This document shows, in pieces, positions 50,041 to 56,672 of a DNA stretch of 56,672 nucleotides (positions within the stretch are counted from its first letter, which is position 1; every line of letters starts with the position of its first letter). The DNA is from Patescibacteria group bacterium (GTDB lineage Bacteria; Patescibacteriota; Minisyncoccia; Minisyncoccales; CG1-02-41-26), in NCBI GenBank assembly GCA_023474835.1, contig JAMCXQ010000005.1, positions 1-56,672 of the forward strand, given 5' to 3'. Below the pieces are notes generated by a model. That model did not search any database. It was not told the origin of the DNA and saw only the letters and a program-made list of their open reading frames with translations. Both the position numbers and the translations under genes were made by a program.

Positions 50041-51882
50041 ATGAAAGAGAAAAAACTTACTTTTAATTTGTGGCTTAATATTGTTTTGGCTATTGCCTTG
50101 ATTTTGGCTTTGGTTTTTTATTACGCGAAAATCGTGGCAGTGAGCCAGACGGTTTTTATTGCGCTGTCGTTTGCCGGGCTTTTGCCTGTTCTAGCGAACA
50201 TTGCTGTTTCTTTTAAGAAAAAGAAAATGGGCATTGATTTTTTGGCTTTGGTGGCTTTGGTTTTCGCTTTTCTTGCCGGGGAATGGAGACCGGCGGCTTT
50301 TATCAACTTGATGCTGGTTTTTGCCCGTATTTTTTCTTTATGGACGGAACAACGGGCCAAAAACATTGTCGAGCTTTTGTTCAAATACCGGCCGGAAAAA
50401 GCAAAAATTGAAAGAGATGGCAAGGTTGTTGAAATACTGGTTGACGAAATAAAAATAGGGGATTTGGTTGTCATTGAAGCGGGTGACAGGGCTCCGGTTG
50501 ACGGGCCGGTTATTTCGGGCCAGGCAAGCTTAAACGAGTCGGCCATCACCGGCGAAAGCGAGCTCTCTGTTAAAAAAGCGGGAGATTATGTTTTAAGTTC
50601 CTCGCTGAACGAGTCCGGGTCTTTGGTGATAAAAGCCAAAAAAACCGGCGGGGAAAGCCTGGTCGCAAAAATTATCGCTTTGGTGAGCCAGGCAATCGGC
50701 AAAAAAGGCCAAAAGGAAAGGCTGGCGGGGAAATTCACTTTTTGGTATGTTTTTGCCACTTTGGTTTTGGGGGCCGGCCTTTGGTTTTTATGGGGCAGTT
50801 CCGATATGGTGCTTTCAGTGCTTCTGGTGGCCTGCGCCGACGACATTGCCGTGGCTATTCCTCTGGCTTTGACCGTGGCAATGGTCAAAACAGCCCAAAG
50901 GGGCGTTTTGGTGAAGGGCGGGGGAGCGGTTGAGAATCTGGCGGATATTAAATTTTTCATTTCCGACAAAACCGGCACTCTTACCCTGGGCCGGCCGAAA
51001 GTAAAAGAAATAAAAACAGCGGGCTCTGTCAGTGAAAAAGATTTTCTGGTTATGGCGGGCAGCCTGGCTTCGGTGTCGCACCATCCGGTTAACCAGGCGA
51101 TTATCCGTTTTTTAAACCATAAACAGGTGGGTTCGCTTGTTCCCGAAGAATTCAATGAAATTCCCGGGGAGGGGATTGCGGCGAAAATCAGCGGCAAAAA
51201 AGTTTTCTGCGGCAAGATTGATTTTTTATCGGAGCAGGGAGTCGTTATGAGCGAAAGCGATTTGCAAACTGCAAACGATTATTATCAGAAAGGTTTCAGC
51301 TTGGTCGGTTTTGCCCGAGAAAATGAATTTTTGGGTTTTATCGCGCTGGAAGACGAAATCAGGCCGAAAACAAAAGAGGTCATAGAAGCCACGAAAAAAC
51401 TGGGGGTGAAACAATGGTTTGTTTTGACCGGCGATAACCGGGCGGCGGCGCAAAAAGTGGCTGGCGAGCTCGGCATTAAAAATTTTTACGCCGGGCTGAA
51501 ACCGCAGGACAAACTGGCTGTTATTGAAAAAATCAAAAAAGAAAACAAAGGAGTTGTGGCAATGATGGGCGACGGGGTCAACGACGCTGCCGCCCTTGCT
51601 TTGGCCGACGTGAGCGTGGCAATGGGCAAAATCGGCTCGGACGCCGCCATTGAAACGGCCGACATCGCTTTAATGAACGACGACTTGCGCAAACTGCCCC
51701 AGGCAATGTCCGTTGCCAAAAGCGCGGTGAAGATTATCAAACAAAATTTCTGGCTCTGGGGGGTTATCAATTCCGTGGGTTTTGTTTTGGTGTTTGCCGG
51801 AGTTCTCCACCCCCAGGAAGCGGCTTTGTATAATTTTCTTTCCGATTTTATCCCGATAGCCAACGCTTTCAGGGTAAGGTAG
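50041..51882 (+). CDS. P1B-like P-type ATPase without N-terminal metal-binding domain and without a CPx motif
   Basis: Start set at MKEKKLTF, because the track's extension overlaps rarA. Motifs: ITGES, FISDKTGTLT, SHHP and GDGVNDAAAL. The TM6 position reads VACADDIAVAIP instead of CPC. Confidence 0.85.
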   Translation: MKEKKLTFNLWLNIVLAIALILALVFYYAKIVAVSQTVFIALSFAGLLPVLANIAVSFKKKKMGIDFLALVALVFAFLAGEWRPAAFINLMLVFARIFSLWTEQRAKNIVELLFKYRPEKAKIERDGKVVEILVDEIKIGDLVVIEAGDRAPVDGPVISGQASLNESAITGESELSVKKAGDYVLSSSLNESGSLVIKAKKTGGESLVAKIIALVSQAIGKKGQKERLAGKFTFWYVFATLVLGAGLWFLWGSSDMVLSVLLVACADDIAVAIPLALTVAMVKTAQRGVLVKGGGAVENLADIKFFISDKTGTLTLGRPKVKEIKTAGSVSEKDFLVMAGSLASVSHHPVNQAIIRFLNHKQVGSLVPEEFNEIPGEGIAAKISGKKVFCGKIDFLSEQGVVMSESDLQTANDYYQKGFSLVGFARENEFLGFIALEDEIRPKTKEVIEATKKLGVKQWFVLTGDNRAAAQKVAGELGIKNFYAGLKPQDKLAVIEKIKKENKGVVAMMGDGVNDAAALALADVSVAMGKIGSDAAIETADIALMNDDLRKLPQAMSVAKSAVKIIKQNFWLWGVINSVGFVLVFAGVLHPQEAALYNFLSDFIPIANAFRVR

Positions 51883-52030
51883 CCATGCAAACTTATAATT
51901 ATATTTATTTCCGCTTATCAGTCAAGATTATGAGGCTTGACTTATTAGCATTCCTGTAATTTAATGATGTTGAGGTTGCATAAAGCCCAACCGTTTTGGG
52001 TTTTTTATTTTGTTTGTCCAGGAACAGGTT

Positions 52031-52816
52031 ATGGTGTCGCCAAGCATATCAATCAAAGCGGAAGAAATTTTTCAGGCGGGCGGTTTCGCTCTTTCCAATT
52101 CTTTTTTGTTGCTGATTATCGTTTGCTGTTTGCTTGCCGTTTTGGCCCTGGTTTTCAAAAAACAGTTCACTTTGATTCCGGAAAAATTCCAGGCAATAGT
52201 TGAAATCGGCGTTGAAAAAATGCTCGGGCTGATGGATTCCTGCCTGGGTTCTAGGGTGCAATCGGAGAAATATTTGCCTTTTATCATTACCATTTTCGTT
52301 TTTATCTTGTTCGCGAACCTGGCCGGTCTTTTCCCCGGAGTTGGCTCCATCGGCTGGAAGCACGGAGACGAATTCAAACCTTTTTTAAGGGCGCCCACAG
52401 CCGACATTAACTTTACTTTGGCTCTGGCTTTGATTTCCGTTATCCTGACCAACATTTTCGCTTTCCGGGAAATAGGTTTTAGCCATCACGCCGCCAAGTT
52501 CGTCAATTTTAAGGGACCGATCCAGTTTTTCGTGGGGATACTGGAGTTAATTTCCGAGCTTTCCCGGGTTGTTTCTTTCACTTTCCGGCTTTTTGGCAAC
52601 ATTTTTGCGGGCGAGGTTTTGCTTTTGATTGTCTCGGTTTTGCTGCCTTTGGCCGGCCCCATTCCGTTTTTCTTTTTGGAGATATTCGTCGGGTTTATAC
52701 AGGCGTTTGTTTTTGCTATGCTTACTTTGGTTTTCCTGGGGCTGCATTTGCAGCACGGAACACTGGAAGAAAACCATCAATTTAATAAGGTCGAAAAATT
52801 AAAAATTAAAAATTAA
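52031..52816 (+). CDS. atpB: F0F1 ATP synthase subunit a
   Basis: FTFRLFGNIFAGEVLL and FLEIFVGFIQAFVFAMLT. ATG at 52031 (the track uses TTG at 52010). Confidence 0.9.
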   Translation: MVSPSISIKAEEIFQAGGFALSNSFLLLIIVCCLLAVLALVFKKQFTLIPEKFQAIVEIGVEKMLGLMDSCLGSRVQSEKYLPFIITIFVFILFANLAGLFPGVGSIGWKHGDEFKPFLRAPTADINFTLALALISVILTNIFAFREIGFSHHAAKFVNFKGPIQFFVGILELISELSRVVSFTFRLFGNIFAGEVLLLIVSVLLPLAGPIPFFFLEIFVGFIQAFVFAMLTLVFLGLHLQHGTLEENHQFNKVEKLKIKN

Positions 52817-52832
52817 AAATTATTTAAAGAAT

Positions 52833-53060
52833 ATGGACGTAGAATCAATGCGGTTATTAGCCACAGCTTTGGTTATGGCTTTTGGGGCCGTTGGCCCGGC
52901 TTTGAGCATCGGTTTTATCGGCGCCAAGTCGGTTGAAGCAATGGGCAGAAACCCGGAAGCGGCTCCAAAAATTCAGACAATGGCCATTTTAGCCATTGCT
53001 TTTTGCGAAGCAATTGCCATTTACGCTTTGGTCATCGCTTTAATTGAAAAGTTCGTTTAA
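52833..53060 (+). CDS. atpE: F0F1 ATP synthase subunit c
   Basis: 75-aa two-helix hairpin with GRNPEA loop and AFCEAIAIYALVIAL. Confidence 0.9.
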   Translation: MDVESMRLLATALVMAFGAVGPALSIGFIGAKSVEAMGRNPEAAPKIQTMAILAIAFCEAIAIYALVIALIEKFV

Positions 53061-53072
53061 GGCCGGACAATA

Positions 53073-53588
53073 ATGGGAGATTTTGTTCAACAATTCGGCG
53101 TCAATTGGAAGCTTTTGCTGAGCCAGATAGCGAGTTTTTTCGCCCTGTTTTTTTTGCTTAAATTTTTGGTTTTAAAGCCCGTGCTCGGCGCTTTAAAAAC
53201 GAGAAAAGAAAAAATTGAAGAAGGGCTGGCAAAAGCGAAAGAAGCCGATGTCCGCCTGGAAGAAGTCGGCGTAATCGCAAAAAACAAATTAAAACAGGCG
53301 GAAAACGAAGCCCAGAATGTTCTGCACGAAGTAAAACAAAAAGCCAAAACAATAGAAAATGACCTGCTGCAAAAAACCGCCCAGAAGCAAAACGAGGCGC
53401 TGAAAAAAATCGACGCACTTTATTTGGGCAAACAGCAAGAAATGGAAACAGCCATACAGGCAAAAGCCGTTGAGCTGGTAAAAAACATTGCGGCAAAAAC
53501 CGTTGGGCTCTCTCCCGAAGCGATTGACGGAAAGCTGGTTGACAGGGCAATTGATTTATTGAAAAAAAATGCCGAAATATCATCCTAA
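53073..53588 (+). CDS. atpF: F0F1 ATP synthase subunit b
   Basis: N-terminal TM helix plus a long charged helix, in the operon position. Confidence 0.8.
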   Translation: MGDFVQQFGVNWKLLLSQIASFFALFFLLKFLVLKPVLGALKTRKEKIEEGLAKAKEADVRLEEVGVIAKNKLKQAENEAQNVLHEVKQKAKTIENDLLQKTAQKQNEALKKIDALYLGKQQEMETAIQAKAVELVKNIAAKTVGLSPEAIDGKLVDRAIDLLKKNAEISS

Positions 53589-53952
53589 AATTTATTCCCA
53601 GGCCCTGGGTTTTTTGCTGGGACAGGCAAAAAACCCAGCCAGCCAGGAAAAAACAATCGATAATTTTTTGCTTTTGGTCAAAAAAAACCGCGACCAAAAA
53701 TGCCTGAAAAAAACGCTGTTTTTTACCGAAAAGTTTTTGCTCAAAAAATTCGGTTTGAACAAATTTACGGTTGCCAGCGCCAGAGAATTGTCCGTTGGGC
53801 AAAAAAAGGCGATCGGAGCCGCTATAAAGGAAGAAGGCCGCCTGGACTGGCAGATTGAACCGAAGCTAATTGCCGGGCTGAAAATCACAAAAAACTACAA
53901 CCAGGAATTAAACTTGTCGTTTAGCCATTTACTTGGTAAACTGTTCAATTAG
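53569..53952 (+). CDS. atpH: F0F1 ATP synthase subunit delta (short)
   Basis: Position between atpF and atpA, with the LIAGLKI motif near the C-terminus. It is only 127 aa. Confidence 0.6.
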   Translation: MPKYHPKIYSQALGFLLGQAKNPASQEKTIDNFLLLVKKNRDQKCLKKTLFFTEKFLLKKFGLNKFTVASARELSVGQKKAIGAAIKEEGRLDWQIEPKLIAGLKITKNYNQELNLSFSHLLGKLFN

Positions 53953-53953
53953 T

Positions 53954-55480
53954 ATGTCTTTTGCAATTATTGAAAAATTAAAAAAAGCCATTGCCGATTA
54001 TAAAGACGATGCCAACTGGCAGGAGGTCGGTTCTGTGGTTGAAGTTGGGGACGGAATCATTAAGGTTATGGGGCTGGATAACTTGATGAACCAGGAAGTC
54101 GTTCTGGTGGAAAGCGGCGGGAAAGCGGTTTTGGCTTTGGCTTTGAATTTGGAAGAAGATTCGGTCGGCTGTTTGTTGCTGGAAGAAACAGAAGCGGTTA
54201 AGGCCGGGGACAGCGTCAAACGCACCAAACAAATACTTTCCATTGCCGTTGGCAATGAAATTTTAGGCAGAGTGGTAAGCCCCCTGGGCAGCCCCTTGGA
54301 CGGGCAGGGCGAAATTTTCCAGGAAAAAAGCGAAACTGTTTTTCAGGCTTTGGAAAACAAAGCGCCTTCGGTTTTGGACAGAGAATCGGTTAAAAAACCG
54401 CTGCACACGGGCGTGAAAGTGATTGATTCAATGATTCCCGTTGGCAGAGGACAGCGAGAGCTGATTATCGGCGACCGGCAAATCGGCAAAACCGCCCTGG
54501 CCATAGACACCATCATTCATCAGCAGTTTGACAACCCCGACAATCCGATAATATGTATTTACGTCGCCGTGGGCCAGAAAGAATCAAAAATCGCCAAAAT
54601 AATTGAAACTTTGCGCCAGAACAACGCTCTTGGTTATTCGGTGGTGGTGTCCGCTCCGGCTTCCAGCCCGGCCGCCATGTGGTATCTGGCGCCTTTCGCA
54701 GGCGCGGCAATAGGCGAATATTTCAGGGACAGGGGCAAAGACGTCTTGGTGGTTTATGACGATTTAACCAAACATGCCTGGGCTTACCGCCAGATATCCC
54801 TTCTTTTGAAAAGGCCGCCGGGCAGAGAGGCTTATCCGGGCGACATTTTCTATCTGCACTCGCGGCTCCTGGAAAGAGCCGCCAAAATGTCATTGGAAAA
54901 GGGCGGAGGCTCTTTGACCGCCCTGCCCATTATTGAAACGCAGCTGGGGGACGTTACCAGCTATATTCCCACAAACGTCATTTCAATCACCGACGGGCAA
55001 ATTTACCTGGAAAGCGATTTGTTTTATCAGGGTGTAAGGCCCGCTCTGAGTATCGGGCTTTCGGTGTCGCGGGTCGGCTCGGCCGCCCAAACCAAGGCAA
55101 TGAAAAAAGTGGCGGGAAAATTGCGGCTTTTGCTGGCCCAGTTCAGGGAATTGCAGGCCTTCGTGCAGTTTTCTTCCGACGTGGACGAAACAACCAAAAA
55201 GCGGATAAAACAGGGCCAGACATTAACCGAAATTTTAAAGCAAAACGATTTAAGCCCGATGCCGTTTGAAAAGCAGGTTGCGGTTTTATACGCGGCCTTG
55301 AACGGACATTTTGACAATTTGGAACTTAACCAGGTTAAGTCCGCAGAAGAAAAGCTTTTGGAGCATTTGGAAACTTTCAGCCAGGAAATTTTGGAGGAAA
55401 TAAAAACTACGGGCGATTTGGTTGAAAGCACGGAACAAGGGTTAAAAAAAGCAATTACCAATTTTATGTCGAAACAATAA
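53954..55480 (+). CDS. atpA: F0F1 ATP synthase subunit alpha
   Basis: GDRQIGKTA Walker [23 protein letters not shown] and [12 protein letters not shown] at 53954, immediately after the atpH stop. Confidence 0.93.
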   Translation: MSFAIIEKLKKAIADYKDDANWQEVGSVVEVGDGIIKVMGLDNLMNQEVVLVESGGKAVLALALNLEEDSVGCLLLEETEAVKAGDSVKRTKQILSIAVGNEILGRVVSPLGSPLDGQGEIFQEKSETVFQALENKAPSVLDRESVKKPLHTGVKVIDSMIPVGRGQRELIIGDRQIGKTALAIDTIIHQQFDNPDNPIICIYVAVGQKESKIAKIIETLRQNNALGYSVVVSAPASSPAAMWYLAPFAGAAIGEYFRDRGKDVLVVYDDLTKHAWAYRQISLLLKRPPGREAYPGDIFYLHSRLLERAAKMSLEKGGGSLTALPIIETQLGDVTSYIPTNVISITDGQIYLESDLFYQGVRPALSIGLSVSRVGSAAQTKAMKKVAGKLRLLLAQFRELQAFVQFSSDVDETTKKRIKQGQTLTEILKQNDLSPMPFEKQVAVLYAALNGHFDNLELNQVKSAEEKLLEHLETFSQEILEEIKTTGDLVESTEQGLKKAITNFMSKQ

Positions 55481-55527
55481 TTTTATTCGCAGCATTCGGA
55501 TAAATTCGTAGATTAGGATTATATTTT

Positions 55528-56493
55528 ATGGAGTCAACGCAAATTTTGAAAAAACGGCTGAAAACCGTGGCCAATATCTGCCATATAACCAAAGCAATGG
55601 AACTGGTGGCGGCCACCAAAATGCGCAAATCGCAGGAAATTGCCATAAATTCCAGGCCTTACAGCTTAACCGCCCTTGATTTGCTGGCGAATTTATCGCG
55701 CCAGCAAATACCAGAAGAAAAAATGCCGCTGATTTTGGAAAAAAGGCCTGTTAAAAAAACCCTTCTGGTCCTCTCCGGGTCGGACAAGGGGCTGGTCGGC
55801 TCGTTTAACAGCAATGTTTTCAGAACTTTTGAGAATTATTTGAAAGAAAATAAAATCGACTTAAAAAGTAACGATTATTTGTGCCTGGCTGTTGGCGAAA
55901 AATCCTTCAATTTTCTGCAAAAAAAATCGGCAAATATCATCGATAAATTCACGAGAACGGGCGATTTCGTTTCAATAGAACAAACCCGGCCAATCGCCGA
56001 TTTTCTGATTGAAGGATTTTTACAAAAGCGGTTTGACGAAGCTGTTCTGTTTTCAATGAATTTCCAGTCGGCTTTTTACCAAAAACCGATAGCCCAGAAG
56101 ATTTTTCCGGTTGATTTTGAAAACATCAAAAAAACTTTCAGGGATATCATTCCCCAAAGCGGCAGGTTTGCCGATTTGCTCAAAGAAAAAAATATTTCTT
56201 CGGGTGGTGAGTACGGTCGAACCATTTTGGCAGACGATTCTTCAATTTATGATTTTGAGCCGTCTTTGGAAAAAACAATTGATGAATTGACGCGCCATTT
56301 GATAAAAATGCACGTTTATCATTTGATTTTGGAGGCAAACGCGTCGGAACACTCTTCCAAAAGAATGGCAATGAAAAACGCTTTTGACAACGGCAAAGAG
56401 CTTTCCGACAAGCTCGTTATTTCGTACAATAAATCGCGCCAGGCCGCCATTACCAACGAGTTGATAGAAATCAACGGCGCCAGCCAATTATGA
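55528..56493 (+). CDS. atpG: F0F1 ATP synthase subunit gamma
   Basis: ILKKRLKTVANICHITKAMELVAATKMRK and a C-terminal RQAAITNELIEI. Confidence 0.9.
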   Translation: MESTQILKKRLKTVANICHITKAMELVAATKMRKSQEIAINSRPYSLTALDLLANLSRQQIPEEKMPLILEKRPVKKTLLVLSGSDKGLVGSFNSNVFRTFENYLKENKIDLKSNDYLCLAVGEKSFNFLQKKSANIIDKFTRTGDFVSIEQTRPIADFLIEGFLQKRFDEAVLFSMNFQSAFYQKPIAQKIFPVDFENIKKTFRDIIPQSGRFADLLKEKNISSGGEYGRTILADDSSIYDFEPSLEKTIDELTRHLIKMHVYHLILEANASEHSSKRMAMKNAFDNGKELSDKLVISYNKSRQAAITNELIEINGASQL

Positions 56494-56520
56494 GCCGGCG
56501 AATTTAACCATTATATTTTT

Positions 56521-56672
56521 ATGCAAGGAAAAATCACGCAAATTATCGGCCCGGTTGTTGATGTGGAATTTCCCGAGGGCGAACAGCTGCCTGAAATTTT
56601 TACGGCTTTGAAAGCGGATAACCAGGGCAAAGTTTTAATTTTGGAAGTGATTGAGCCTTTGTTGGTCGAAGC
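56521..56672 (+). CDS. atpD: F0F1 ATP synthase subunit beta (3' end beyond window)
   Basis: [30 protein letters not shown]. Confidence 0.88.
   Translation, partial: MQGKITQIIGPVVDVEFPEGEQLPEIFTALKADNQGKVLILEVIEPLLVE

Noticed and set aside
51982-52006. Small hairpin plus T-run (AAAGCCCAA..TTGGGTTTT) just upstream of atpB, considered as an attenuator
   Set aside because: The core stem is only 5 GC/AT pairs plus A-T extensions. It could equally be the terminator of the upstream ATPase gene. The evidence is not enough to call.
52793-52825. (AAAAATT)x4 tandem heptamer at the end of atpB, and a similar run at 40096-40120
   Set aside because: Short AT-rich simple repeats overlapping a gene end or a spacer. 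There is no spacer-repeat organisation and they are too short to interpret.
1-56672. CRISPR arrays, rRNA genes, integrase or transposase genes
   Set aside because: Reading both strands, I saw no regularly spaced direct repeats of CRISPR type, no rRNA-like sequence, and no ORF with recombinase or transposase motifs.

Overview
This 56.7-kb chromosomal fragment comes from a compact, small-genome bacterium. The gene content suggests a Patescibacteria/CPR-like organism, but that is inference only. The hints are a minimal mraZ-rsmH-ftsL-ftsI block with no mur genes after it, an intein-split dnaB, a short dnaX, a sortase and many Cys-rich secreted proteins. Housekeeping genes recognised: mraZ, rsmH, ftsL-like, ftsI-type PBP, tRNA-Glu(CUC), rmuC, rplU, recR, dnaB, cysS, dnaX, tRNA-Gln(UUG), a fused pyrD-pyrK, an ABC exporter, rarA, a P1B-like ATPase and atpBEFHAG plus the start of atpD. 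Accessory content is concentrated in a ~6.3-kb visibly AT-rich island directly 3' of tRNA-Gln (about 21.2-27.5 kb). The island holds an EcoRI-methylase-like MTase, two TIR-like (ThsB/DUF1863-type) proteins flanking a small 3-helix membrane protein, a solo MazF/PemK-like toxin, a MITE-like element, a DUF262-HNH nuclease and a two-gene unknown cassette flanked by 27-nt direct repeats. It also carries several gene remnants. The best candidates for something undescribed are three. (1) The MTase-TIR-3TM-TIR operon, which looks Thoeris-like but has no recognisable ThsA-type effector. (2) A structured RNA-like repeat that sits upstream of both tRNA genes, each time preceded by an exact copy of that tRNA's own 5' end, with a compensatory base-pair change between copies. 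(3) A 1.1-kb non-coding stretch after ftsI packed with promoter/SD/terminator mini-units. A higBA pair, several pseudogenes and a LAGLIDADG intein in the dnaB P-loop are also present. I saw no CRISPR array, rRNA, integrase or transposase gene. All family assignments come from motif recognition by eye; no searches were run.
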